Shown piece by piece: positions 10,226 to 19,318 of a DNA stretch of 64,000 nt. Numbering within the stretch: the stretch's first letter is position 1; each line of letters begins with the position of its first letter. Source of the stretch: Spirochaetia bacterium. GTDB lineage: Bacteria; Spirochaetota; Spirochaetia; DSM-16054; Sediminispirochaetaceae. The translations under genes and the position numbers were made by a program. The notes below the pieces were generated by a model. The model was not told the origin of the DNA. It ran no database searches and saw only the letters and a program-made list of their open reading frames with translations. The stretch lies in assembly GCA_034520965.1 (NCBI GenBank), contig JAXHMY010000001.1, positions 352,001 to 416,000 on the forward strand, written 5' to 3'.

Positions 10226-11431
10226 TTATACCAGCTCGTCCCTCTGCAGAGTAACCTCGCCCTGCTCTGCCTGGCTTCTGATGAAAGCCATAAAATCTTT
10301 GGTCACCCTATCTACTTCCGTACGTCTCATTGGCCCCAGCTGTTCTCTTTCGCTGCGTATGAACTGCTGCCGGCGTTGTGAGACATTCCGCAGTATTTTA
10401 TCTTCAAGCTTCTCAGACTTACCTTTAAGTATAGTAGCAATATCCCGATCAGGATACTTGTGCAGCAGTTCCTGCAACTGTTTATCCGGAATCTCCAGTA
10501 CACTCTCCACGGAAAAAAGTCTCTCCCGGATTTCATCGGCTAAGCTGCTGTTTTCTTCATGCAAATTGTCCAGTATCCGATTCTCATCCTGAAGCGGTAG
10601 ATTCTTCAATATATCTGCCAATACGGCTTGTCCGTCAATATCCTCAGTAATAATCTTCCCTTGGGTCCTGATCCGCTCACGCAGGCTCTCTTCAACCGAA
10701 GAGAGCACTTCCGGTGATACTTGTCCCATCCGGGCTATACGCTTTACAGCCTGCTGCTGTACCTCAGGCGGGAGGGATTCCAGCACTTGTGAGGCCTTAT
10801 TCGGTACTAAATAGGAGAGGACAATACTCATGACATGTACCGGCTCTTTGCGCAGCAGCAGCATAATCTGCTGATAGTCCATATCATTCAAAAATGCAAA
10901 TGGTCGGTTTCCACTGTATGGATGCACCTTCCCCAATATTTCATTCGCCTTGTCTGCACCAAAGGAACTCGTGAGCATTTCACGGGCAGTCTCAACGCCA
11001 CCTCGCGGATTAGCAGCTAAGTCTCCGGCGATATCGCCGAACTCTTCAAGAATTTTTTCAGCCTCCGGGCGCTCTATCCGTTTTATTTTTGCGATTTCCC
11101 CGGTCACCTTCTCAATCTCGTCCTGAGACAGGTGCTTGAGCACTACCGCCGCCTGCTCCTTGCCCAGAAGAAGCAGCAGCTTGGCCGCTTTTTTATGTCC
11201 AAAGCCTGTTTTGAGGAATCCATTGCGACCGATCATTCCTGCGGCACCATCCTGAGGGGAAAAACCGGCACGATAAACCTCGCCCTTCTGCGACTTCCCC
11301 TCCTGCATAGTCTGCTGCTTATCCTGAGATGGCTCGGCCTGCGAGTCTTTTTTGGTACCCTCTTTAGGGGAATCTTCTTTCTTTTGAAAAGCCTGTAATT
11401 TGTAGGCTTGTATCGCATGACGGTTTCTCAT
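10226..11431 (-). CDS. fliG: Flagellar motor switch protein FliG (stand-alone paralogue, FliG1-like)
   Basis: KAAKLLLLLG, GGVETAREML, PFAFL, LLRKEP, ILRNVSQR; lies outside a flagellar operon, next to alaS. Confidence 0.9.
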   Translation of the reverse strand: MRNRHAIQAYKLQAFQKKEDSPKEGTKKDSQAEPSQDKQQTMQEGKSQKGEVYRAGFSPQDGAAGMIGRNGFLKTGFGHKKAAKLLLLLGKEQAAVVLKHLSQDEIEKVTGEIAKIKRIERPEAEKILEEFGDIAGDLAANPRGGVETAREMLTSSFGADKANEILGKVHPYSGNRPFAFLNDMDYQQIMLLLRKEPVHVMSIVLSYLVPNKASQVLESLPPEVQQQAVKRIARMGQVSPEVLSSVEESLRERIRTQGKIITEDIDGQAVLADILKNLPLQDENRILDNLHEENSSLADEIRERLFSVESVLEIPDKQLQELLHKYPDRDIATILKGKSEKLEDKILRNVSQRRQQFIRSEREQLGPMRRTEVDRVTKDFMAFIRSQAEQGEVTLQRDELV

Positions 11432-11437
11432 GGTTCT

Positions 11438-11466
11438 ATTGTATCAATCACTTCACACTTAGACAA
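11438..11466 (-). promoter_or_regulatory. Sigma70 promoter of fliG (extended -10)
   Basis: TTGTCT-17 nt-TACAAT with TGn, 6 nt before the ATG. Confidence 0.65.
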
Positions 11467-11469
11467 TTA

Positions 11470-11617
11470 TTAGTGGTTCAAAGCTTGTGGAATTTAAATA
11501 TAAACTAAGAATCGCACTCTATCGGTATAGAAGAATCCGCTTTAAATAAGCTATATAAGAGTATACACTCTTCGACAGAGTGTAAAAATAAGCATCACCC
11601 AAGCTTTGAACCACTAA
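11470..11617. mobile_element. MITE-like element with 18-bp perfect terminal inverted repeats
   Basis: TTAGTGGTTCAAAGCTTG (11470-11487) / CAAGCTTTGAACCACTAA (11600-11617); no ORF inside; possible TA target duplication. Confidence 0.65.
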
Positions 11618-11646
11618 ATTTTTTCCGGCATTTTTTACGGGCTCCC

Positions 11647-11675
11647 TTGACAATTTTTTAATAAATCGGTATAAA
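11647..11675 (+). promoter_or_regulatory. Sigma70 promoter of tRNA-Phe
   Basis: TTGACA-17 nt-TATAAA, 13 nt upstream of the tRNA. Confidence 0.75.
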
Positions 11676-11688
11676 TACACTCGTTCGT

Positions 11689-11761
11689 GCCGCTGTAGCT
11701 CAGTCGGTAGAGCAGGGGACTGAAAATCCCCGTGTCAACAGTTCAATTCTGTTCGGCGGCA
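11689..11761 (+). tRNA. tRNA-Phe(GAA), CCA not encoded
   Basis: Cloverleaf: acceptor GCCGCTG/CGGCGGC, D arm GCTC/GAGC, anticodon arm GGGGA-CTGAAAA-TCCCC, T arm AACAG-TTCAATT-CTGTT. Confidence 0.97.
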
Positions 11762-11766
11762 CAGAT

Positions 11767-11798
11767 AAGCGTTGAGCCTATGGCTCAACGCTTTTTTT
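11767..11798 (+). terminator. Intrinsic terminator after tRNA-Phe
   Basis: AAGCGTTGAGCC-tat-GGCTCAACGC followed by T7. Confidence 0.9.
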
Positions 11799-11905
11799 AT
11801 GTTCACAGCTTCATGCCTGTCGGTTCCCATGCCTGTCGGTGAATTTACACGGGCAGCGCGTATCCAGTAATTGAGCGCCCGGTTATCGCAGCTATAGAAG
11901 CTATT

Positions 11906-12559
11906 TCAAGTTTTCAAAACAGCTGAAACCTCACCTCTATCTAGATCAATATCTACCACCGCGTAGCGGCCTTCCTTTAAGGCACCTGGATTGATAACAT
12001 GGCTGCGGCCATACACTTTGTGCCCAAAGGACTCATGTATATGTCCTGAAAGCACCAAAAGCGGTTGTTGGGCTTCAATCCACTCAGATAGGCGACAACT
12101 GCCGACGTGTTTCATCTTCATTGCCCGATCGGCCACAGTATTATGGGGAGGCTGATGACTGACTAAAATGAACGGTTGAGCTGGGTCAACAGGCAGCTGT
12201 TCCAGATAAGCTTCAATCTGCTGTTCCGATATCTCATAGGGGGTATCGACCGGTCCTGGCATAGCTCCGCTGAGCCCTGCACACGACACGCCTTGAATTT
12301 CTTCGGGGTTCGAGCTTAGGAGCACCCCCTCCTGCTGCAAATAGGATTCGATTTCTCGATTATCACAATTTCCTGCTACCGCACGTACTTTCGGATGGAG
12401 CTTTCGCAGTTTATCCAAAATCTTACGCGCTTCAGATACCCCTCCAAAGTGGGTGAGATCTCCTACACAGAGCAGAAGGTCCGCAGTTGCGCCCTCATCG
12501 CGACATTTATCGAGGGCATCTTCATTCCCGTGAATATCCGAAACCACCAGCAGTCGCAT
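11906..12559 (-). CDS. Calcineurin-like metallophosphoesterase
   Basis: SDIHG, GDLT, GNCD, SHQPP, SGHIHE, INPG motifs. Confidence 0.92.
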   Translation of the reverse strand: MRLLVVSDIHGNEDALDKCRDEGATADLLLCVGDLTHFGGVSEARKILDKLRKLHPKVRAVAGNCDNREIESYLQQEGVLLSSNPEEIQGVSCAGLSGAMPGPVDTPYEISEQQIEAYLEQLPVDPAQPFILVSHQPPHNTVADRAMKMKHVGSCRLSEWIEAQQPLLVLSGHIHESFGHKVYGRSHVINPGALKEGRYAVVDIDLDRGEVSAVLKT

Positions 12560-12669
12560 ACCTACCTCCTATTGTGGTCATAAAAAATATAACTATCCTT
12601 ACCTTCTATTTAAATGTAAAGATAGACAAGGACTCAGGCAAGCTGCGAACCCACTCTCATACTCTCTCT

Positions 12670-13377
12670 TCAGGCAAGCAGGGAATAGAGCTGCTGTTCC
12701 AGCTCTAATATGGCGTGCTCCTTTAAGGAACGCTGCTCACGGGGCAGCGGGTTAGGTATGGCGGCCTGAATTTCTGCCGGGGGGCCGTATAACACTACAA
12801 TCGTATCACCCAGCAAAAGGGCCTCCTGAATATCGTGGGTAACAAATACAGCGGTGCGCCGATCGTGGGTCCACAGTTTCTCAAACAGCTCGATCAAGGA
12901 GAGCTTGAGGTGCAAATCCAGCGCTTGAAAGGGTTCGTCCATTAGCATCACTCCGGCGGGATAGGCGAAAGCTCTGGCCACTGCTACCCTTTGCCGCATT
13001 CCTCCGGACAGTTCGTGGGGATAATAATCGGTGAATCGACTGAGGCCTACCATCTCCAAAAACTTACTGCAACGCAGGGAGGCTTCCTTCGGTTGCATAA
13101 ACGGCCCCAGTACCAGCTCAATATTCTTGCGTACACTTTTCCAAGGCAGCAGTCGCGGCTCCTGAAAGAGATAACTGATACGCTCATTACCAACTCCACT
13201 CACATTTCCAAGGGCTGGATTCAAAAGTCCGGAGATAAGATTGAGCAGGGTGGTTTTTCCGCAGCCAGAAGGTCCCAAGACTGCGGTTACATGTCGATCC
13301 GGTATTTCTAAAGAGAAATTGTTAAAGACCGTTAAATCTTTAAAGCTGAGGCTTAGCTGATTACATTGAATCGGCAT
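12670..13377 (-). CDS. ABC transporter ATP-binding protein (NitT/TauT family)
   Basis: GPSGCGKTT, FQEPRLLPW, LSGGMRQR, MDEPF, VTHD; start placed at the second Met. Confidence 0.92.
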   Translation of the reverse strand: MPIQCNQLSLSFKDLTVFNNFSLEIPDRHVTAVLGPSGCGKTTLLNLISGLLNPALGNVSGVGNERISYLFQEPRLLPWKSVRKNIELVLGPFMQPKEASLRCSKFLEMVGLSRFTDYYPHELSGGMRQRVAVARAFAYPAGVMLMDEPFQALDLHLKLSLIELFEKLWTHDRRTAVFVTHDIQEALLLGDTIVVLYGPPAEIQAAIPNPLPREQRSLKEHAILELEQQLYSLLA

Positions 13378-14170
13378 ACAAACGGCTCCATGACATGCTG
13401 TGGATTCCAAGACTGAGAAGCCATTGGCTGCCGGCGCTCAACAGTATTGCAACTGCTGTCCAGGCAAACACCTGGGCAGTCTCAAGGCTCATCTGGGAGA
13501 ACTGCATCTCACTCCCCACACCCCAATTAGGCAGGCTTGAAACCTCTGCTGCAACCACAACCTTCCAGGTAAGGCCTAAAGCAGTTTGGGCTCCTGATAT
13601 TAAGTACGGTACTACTGAGGGAATGGAGATGTGCAGCAGTCGGCGGGCGGAGTCTAGACCATAAGCTCGACCCATCTGCAGCAGTTTTTGATCGGTCTGC
13701 CGAATACCGACAATTATATTTTGAGTGATGACCGGAAAGGCTATGAGAAAGGAAGAGAAAATCGGCACAGTACCGGTTTTAAACCACAACAGGGCTATTA
13801 AAATTACCGACATAATAGGTGTGGTTCGTATAATTGCAATAAGCGGTTTAAACAATGCATGCAGGGGCAAACTGATGCCGGCAGCAATGCCGACAACCGT
13901 GCCTACCAAGAGTGAAATAAAAAACCCCGCTAAACCACGTATGAGGGTACTCCAGACGGATATCCAGAAATCATTACTTTGCAACAAGCCCAACAGTTCA
14001 CGAATTACTGCCGGCGGGGGAGGAAGGATTATGGAGGCATCCATCAGTACCGCAGCCGCCCACCAGATTGCCAGCAGGACTATAACCGCGGCACCGGAGA
14101 TGAAAAAATTACGAAAGCGCAGAACAGTTCTGTTCTGTAAGCCCTTATTGGCTAAGGTAGAACCCGTCAT
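13361..14170 (-). CDS. ABC transporter permease (NitT/TauT family)
   Basis: ILPPP, several TM segments, EAA-like loop, WKVVVAAE. Confidence 0.9.
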   Translation of the reverse strand: MTGSTLANKGLQNRTVLRFRNFFISGAAVIVLLAIWWAAAVLMDASIILPPPPAVIRELLGLLQSNDFWISVWSTLIRGLAGFFISLLVGTVVGIAAGISLPLHALFKPLIAIIRTTPIMSVILIALLWFKTGTVPIFSSFLIAFPVITQNIIVGIRQTDQKLLQMGRAYGLDSARRLLHISIPSVVPYLISGAQTALGLTWKVVVAAEVSSLPNWGVGSEMQFSQMSLETAQVFAWTAVAILLSAGSQWLLSLGIHSMSWSRLYADSM

Positions 14171-15140
14171 CCGGCAGCTGACCTCCTACGGAAGCGGGAT
14201 TAAAATCCAGTAGGACCTGTAAAAACTCTTCCATTATCGGCCGTGCAGCAGCAGAGGGTATAAACTTCAGGTTGCAGTGGGGAATAGCCGGTTCGGCCAA
14301 AGCGGCCGGCATAACCTCATATTTTCCGATCAATTGGGCGGCTTCCGCAGGATTACTGTTTACCCATTCAATCGATTCGGAATAAGCCTCCAGAAAGCGC
14401 TCTACCAGCTCAGGTCGTTCAGCCGCTATCTGAGGTTTTACCACAACTACCGTAATTGGATAAGTGGTTTCTCCGCCCTGAATCTGCTGCCAGGAGGACT
14501 GAAAATCTAATACCCTTCTCACATCCGAGGCTCTGGTGCGTACCATGGTCACAAAGGGTTCGGGTAAAATTGCGGTATCGATTTTACCGGAAATTAGAAG
14601 CTGGGCCAGTTGTGGTCCGCTGCTAACGGAAAAATCAAGCTGAACATTTTCCTTCGGATACAGCCCATGCTGGGAGAGCAAATACTGAAACAGGTAATCC
14701 GGGGTAGCTCCCTTACCAATCGAGTACACAGTTTTATTCTGCAGGTCTTTCCACTCACTAATTTCAGGATCGCGGCTCAGCAGGTGGAGAACTCCCATTC
14801 CCACCACGGCACCCAGTTTGTAACCGGGACCGGCGGTATACATCTTGGCCGCCATATTAGCCGGAAATACGGCAAAATCGAGCTCGCCCCCGGCAACTCT
14901 AGAAACCATAGCTTTTGGTGAGGGAAGTACACTGAAATTGGAATCCACCTCAGGCCCTAATTCCGGAACGTCCTCAAACATCTTTATCATTCCGAAGCCA
15001 TAGGGACCCTTTAGTGAAGCGGCTTCAATTGTGATTTCTTCCGTCTCTTTTACTTCCTGCAGTCCCCGTGCTGTAAGATTCATTCCTGCACCGCCTAGCA
15101 ACAGTGCTGCAGTCAAAATGATAGCGTATCCTTGTCTCAT
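14145..15140 (-). CDS. ABC transporter substrate-binding protein (NitT/TauT/SsuA-like)
   Basis: Signal peptide; LKGP.G, GKGATPD and AILPEPFVT motifs. Confidence 0.88.
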   Translation of the reverse strand: MRQGYAIILTAALLLGGAGMNLTARGLQEVKETEEITIEAASLKGPYGFGMIKMFEDVPELGPEVDSNFSVLPSPKAMVSRVAGGELDFAVFPANMAAKMYTAGPGYKLGAVVGMGVLHLLSRDPEISEWKDLQNKTVYSIGKGATPDYLFQYLLSQHGLYPKENVQLDFSVSSGPQLAQLLISGKIDTAILPEPFVTMVRTRASDVRRVLDFQSSWQQIQGGETTYPITVVVVKPQIAAERPELVERFLEAYSESIEWVNSNPAEAAQLIGKYEVMPAALAEPAIPHCNLKFIPSAAARPIMEEFLQVLLDFNPASVGGQLPDDGFYLSQ

Positions 15141-15163
15141 ATATACTCCCTTACTTTATTTTT

Positions 15164-15199
15164 GTCGTTTTGGTTGCCGCGGAACGGCTTATGAAACTA
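15164..15199. repeat. REP-like motif, partial copy (second hairpin only), overlapping the tyrS stop
   Basis: GTCGTTTTGGTTGCCGCGGAACGGCTTATGAAACTA aligns with 4410-4445. Confidence 0.65.
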
Positions 15200-16421
15200 T
15201 TATTCGAAAATATCGCTTCTTTCCCGCTCGCAGCAGTAGCTCGTTGTCCGCCAGATCATCGGCGGTAATGCTCTCCTCAATATCCTCAATCTTGCGGTCA
15301 TTGACTATCGCCCCTCCCTGCTTTACCAGTCGGCGGGCTTCGCCTTTTGAAGCACAGAGGCTGGTGCGGGAAAACAGATCCATCACATTGATACCGGATT
15401 CAAGTTCGGTTGCTGCAACTTCCAAGGACGGAATCCCATCACGGTCGGCCACGCCTCCGGATGAGAAAGCTGCCTTTGAGGCTTCCAGAGATTTATTGGC
15501 CTCTTCCTCGCCGTGTATAATCTTAGTCTGCTCCCAGGCTAGTCTCTCCTTCGCTTTATTGATATCCTGTCCCTCCAGTTTTGCCAGTTCGGCAATTTCA
15601 TCCATCGGCAGGAAGGTAAACATTTTTAGAAAGCGGACTACATCGGCATCGTTTACATTGCGCCAGTACTGGAAAAACTCATACGGCGAGCAGAGTTCCG
15701 GATTGAGGAAAATAGCGCCCCGCTCGGACTTGCCCATTTTTTTGCCGTCCGCCCGAGTGATAAGAGGAAATGTCAAACCGTGCGCCTCGTTTCCATCCAT
15801 TCGTCGTATCAGCTCAACGCCGCTGACAATATTACCCCACTGATCATCGCCGCCTACCTGCAGTTTACAATTATATTCACGATTCAGTATAAGAAAGTCA
15901 TAAGACTGCAGCAGCATATAGTTGAACTCGATAAAGGAGAGTCCCCGCTCCAGGCGCTGCTTGTAGGCTTCAAAGGTCAGCATCCGGTTTACCGAGAAGT
16001 GACGGCCGATATCCCGCAAAAACTCAATGTAGTTCAGACCACCCAGCCAGTCATAGTTGTTGACCATAACCGCTCGACCTTCGGTAAAATCAATCAGCTT
16101 GGAGGCGCCGCTCTTGATCGCCTTTTCATTCTCACGGATTTCTTCCAAGGTGATAATTTTACGCATCTCAGTTTTTCCGGAGGGGTCCCCAATCAAGCCT
16201 GTTCCACCACCTACCACTACAATCGGCCGGTGGCCGTGCTGCTGCAGGTGAGCCATGGCGTAAAAGGGCACCATATGCCCGATATGCAGGCTACGTGCGG
16301 TCGGATCCACCCCGACGTAAAAACTCACACTCTCCTGCTCCATAATCTCGTCAAGCCGATCCAAATCAGTACACTGCTGTAAAAAGCCGCGCTGTTTTAA
16401 TTCTTCAAGTCCTGATGTCAT
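15189..16421 (-). CDS. tyrS: Tyrosine--tRNA ligase
   Basis: GVDPTA.SLHIGH, LQSYDF, GGDDQWGN, KMGKS, C-terminal S4 domain. Confidence 0.98.
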   Translation of the reverse strand: MTSGLEELKQRGFLQQCTDLDRLDEIMEQESVSFYVGVDPTARSLHIGHMVPFYAMAHLQQHGHRPIVVVGGGTGLIGDPSGKTEMRKIITLEEIRENEKAIKSGASKLIDFTEGRAVMVNNYDWLGGLNYIEFLRDIGRHFSVNRMLTFEAYKQRLERGLSFIEFNYMLLQSYDFLILNREYNCKLQVGGDDQWGNIVSGVELIRRMDGNEAHGLTFPLITRADGKKMGKSERGAIFLNPELCSPYEFFQYWRNVNDADVVRFLKMFTFLPMDEIAELAKLEGQDINKAKERLAWEQTKIIHGEEEANKSLEASKAAFSSGGVADRDGIPSLEVAATELESGINVMDLFSRTSLCASKGEARRLVKQGGAIVNDRKIEDIEESITADDLADNELLLRAGKKRYFRIIVS

Positions 16422-16423
16422 TC

Positions 16424-17761
16424 TCAGTCTCTCCTGTAGTTCTTTATCCCTGTTCGTATTTTTTGTACAAGTTCCGAGACTGAAACACGCTCCTGCTTCA
16501 TCGAATCCCGGTAACGAATTGTAACGGTATTATCTTCTTTCGTATCGTAATCTATGGTGATACAAAAGGGGGTTCCAATTTCATCCTGCCGTCGGTATCG
16601 ACGACCGATGGCCCCGCTTTGATCGTAAAAGGTAGCATAATCATCGCGTAATTCTTTTTCGATGCTCTTCGCCAGGTCGGCAATTCCGTCTTTTTTTACC
16701 AAGGGAAGGACTGCTACAGTTACCGGGGCTACAAGCGGATGAAAATGCATTACGGTCCGGGTTTCACCGTCTTCGAGCTGCTGCTCTTCATAGGCATCGG
16801 AGAGAACCATCAGGACCGAACGGGTCAAACCGGCGGAAGTCTCGATTACATACGGGACATAGCGCTCACGGGTCTGGTCGTCGAGGTAGGTCATATCCTT
16901 CCGGGAAAACTCGGCGTGACGCGCAAGGTCAAAATCCGTCCGCGAATGAATTCCCTCCAGCTCCTGCCAGCCCATGGGGAAGTAGAACTCGATGTCAAAG
17001 GCATCCTTCGCATAATGAGCCAGTTCATCCGGCCCGTGCTGGTGAAAACGCAGCTTGTCCTTGCGAATTCCAAGCTTGTTGTAATAGTTAATCCGCTCGT
17101 TCTTCCAGTATTCAAACCATTCCTGATCGTCCCCCGGCTTTACAAAAAACTGCATTTCCATCTGCTCAAACTCAAGGGTACGGAAAATAAAATTCTTGGT
17201 AGTTATCTCGTTTCGAAAGGCCTTTCCAACCTGGGCGATTCCGAAGGGTATCCTTACCCGACTGGTCTGCACCACATTTTTGAAATTTACAAAAATGCCC
17301 TGGGCAGTCTCCGGTCGAAGATACACAATGTTGTCTTCACTTTTTACCGCCCCCATATAGGTGGAGAACATCAGGTTGAAATCACGGGGTTCGGTAAACT
17401 CACCCTTCACGCCACAAACCGGACAAGCTGCTTCCATGTCTATCTGATCGGCCCGAAACCGGCTTTTACAGTTTTTACAGTCGACCAGTGGGTCAGAAAA
17501 ATTATCCACATGTCCCGATGCTTCCCAGGTGCGCGGATGCATCATGATAGCGGCATCCAAACCTACAATACTGTCATGGAGCTGGGTCATCTCCTTCCAC
17601 CAAAAATGTTCAACGTTATTCTTCAGCTCTACTCCGAGGGGACCGTAATCCCAGGCACCGGTTAATCCGCCGTAGATCTCGCTTGATTGGTAGACAAAGC
17701 CCCGTCGCTTGCACAGCGAAACCAGTTTGTCCATTGTTACTTCAGTTGTTGCCTCTGCCAT
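16424..17761 (-). CDS. glyS: Glycine--tRNA ligase, homodimeric (alpha2) type
   Basis: DYGPLG, YLRPETAQG, FRNEIT, EFEQME, IGRRYRRQDEIGTP. Confidence 0.97.
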   Translation of the reverse strand: MAEATTEVTMDKLVSLCKRRGFVYQSSEIYGGLTGAWDYGPLGVELKNNVEHFWWKEMTQLHDSIVGLDAAIMMHPRTWEASGHVDNFSDPLVDCKNCKSRFRADQIDMEAACPVCGVKGEFTEPRDFNLMFSTYMGAVKSEDNIVYLRPETAQGIFVNFKNVVQTSRVRIPFGIAQVGKAFRNEITTKNFIFRTLEFEQMEMQFFVKPGDDQEWFEYWKNERINYYNKLGIRKDKLRFHQHGPDELAHYAKDAFDIEFYFPMGWQELEGIHSRTDFDLARHAEFSRKDMTYLDDQTRERYVPYVIETSAGLTRSVLMVLSDAYEEQQLEDGETRTVMHFHPLVAPVTVAVLPLVKKDGIADLAKSIEKELRDDYATFYDQSGAIGRRYRRQDEIGTPFCITIDYDTKEDNTVTIRYRDSMKQERVSVSELVQKIRTGIKNYRRD

Positions 17762-19236
17762 TATGAAACCTCGCTTTTTAAAAGGGTTATTGCACGGTCG
17801 ATCCGCTCTAATGTTTTATCCATTCCTAACAGACGTATCGATCCAAATAAGGGCGGCGATGTACGGCTGCCGGTAATCGCCACGCGCACCGGCATCAGCA
17901 TCGCTCCCAATTTTACTTCAAGTTCCTCTGCTTTCTGCCGCAGAAGCTCCTCTGTACGCTCTTCACCAACCGACTCAAACCCCGCCATAAGCTCTCGGCC
18001 GGCCTGCAGTATTTCGATGGTTTTCGCAGCATCGAGTTTCTTTGGTATCAATTCCTCTGCTTCGTAGCCCTCGATTTCTTGAAACAAGAACCGGGAGAGC
18101 GGTACAATGTCGGGCAAAAAGTGAAGCCGCTCTTTCATCAAGGGCATCATTTCCCGCAGCTTCTCCATTTCGACCTCCGTGGGGGGGATACCAACAATAT
18201 TTTCTTTCTGCAGATAAGAAAGCAGCAGTTCAATGAGCTCTTCATCCTTTTTCTCACGGATATACTGACCGTTGAACCACTCCAGCTTTTTATAATCGAA
18301 GACCGCCGGCGCCTTGTTCAGTTTTTCCAGCACAAACAGCTCCTCAAGCTCCTCTTTTGTAAAAAACTCACGTTTATCATCGTAAGACCAGCCAAGGAGA
18401 GAAATGTAGTTGATGACCGCTTCCGGCAGGTAGCCTTGGCGGCGAAACTCGATCACCGATGTTGCACCATGGCGCTTGGAGAGCTTCTGGCCGTCTTTGC
18501 CCATTACCATTGGAAGGTGGCAGTACTGCGGAGGCTCCCAGCCGAAGGCTTCGTACAGGAGAATGTGCAGCGGGCCGGAGGGAATCCACTCTTGGGCGCG
18601 CATAATGTGGCTAATGGCCATCAGGTGGTCGTCGACTACATTTGCCAGATGATAGGTGGGAAATCCATCTGATTTCAACAGAACCGGATCGGCGGGGATA
18701 TCTTTATTCTTTTTTTTCATCTCCCCCAGCAGGATGTCTTCAAAGACAGTAGTCCCTTCCAGGGGCACCTTAAAACGCACTACCGGTTTAAATCCCTGGC
18801 GGAGGTACTCCTCCCGCTGATCTTCGGTAAGGTTACGACAGTGACGGTCATAGCCCTGGCCCTTCTTCTCCTGTTTCTGTTGTTCCCGCAGGGCATCTAA
18901 TCGCTCGGAGCTGCAGAAACAGTAATAGCCATGTCCACTCTCAACTAACTGCTCTGCATAACGGGTGTACAAATCAAAGCGCTCAGACTGGACATACGGG
19001 CCATATCCGCCGTCTTTGTTGGGGCCTTCATCCCATTCAATCCCGAGCCACTCGAAGGTATCATACAGATCCTGCAGAGCTTGGTCGTTATAGCGCTCCC
19101 TATCTGTATCCTCTACACGGAGAATAAAAGAGCCGCCCTGGGATCGGGCAAAAAAGTAGTTAAACAGAGCTGTGCGCACACCACCGATGTGCTGCAGTCC
19201 GGTTGGAGACGGTGCATACCGTACACGTACACTCAT
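17761..19236 (-). CDS. gltX: Glutamate--tRNA ligase
   Basis: RYAPSPTG.HIGG, PTYHLANVVDDH, KLSKRH. Confidence 0.98.
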   Translation of the reverse strand: MSVRVRYAPSPTGLQHIGGVRTALFNYFFARSQGGSFILRVEDTDRERYNDQALQDLYDTFEWLGIEWDEGPNKDGGYGPYVQSERFDLYTRYAEQLVESGHGYYCFCSSERLDALREQQKQEKKGQGYDRHCRNLTEDQREEYLRQGFKPVVRFKVPLEGTTVFEDILLGEMKKKNKDIPADPVLLKSDGFPTYHLANVVDDHLMAISHIMRAQEWIPSGPLHILLYEAFGWEPPQYCHLPMVMGKDGQKLSKRHGATSVIEFRRQGYLPEAVINYISLLGWSYDDKREFFTKEELEELFVLEKLNKAPAVFDYKKLEWFNGQYIREKKDEELIELLLSYLQKENIVGIPPTEVEMEKLREMMPLMKERLHFLPDIVPLSRFLFQEIEGYEAEELIPKKLDAAKTIEILQAGRELMAGFESVGEERTEELLRQKAEELEVKLGAMLMPVRVAITGSRTSPPLFGSIRLLGMDKTLERIDRAITLLKSEVS

Positions 19237-19289
19237 ATATTAAACCTCTCGTTGCGGTAAGATAGTAGTTACTCTTCACAATTCACGCA

Positions 19290-19318
19290 ATTATACGCTT
19301 GCAGAAAAACAGGGTCAA
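19290..19318 (-). promoter_or_regulatory. Sigma70 promoter of the gltX-glyS-tyrS unit
   Basis: TTGACC-17 nt-TATAAT; the -35 overlaps the upstream stop codon. Confidence 0.8.

Noticed and set aside
11812..11840. Short tandem repeat CATGCCTGTCGGT x2 after the tRNA terminator; possible att site
   Set aside because: No duplicated tRNA 3' end and no integrase; most likely a local duplication
12633..12679. 10-bp direct repeat TCAGGCAAGC around the ABC ATPase stop
   Set aside because: The enclosed ~27 bp has no inverted ends; insufficient evidence of an insertion
19237..19290. T-box leader for gltX-glyS-tyrS
   Set aside because: The leader is only about 45 nt and has no T-box consensus
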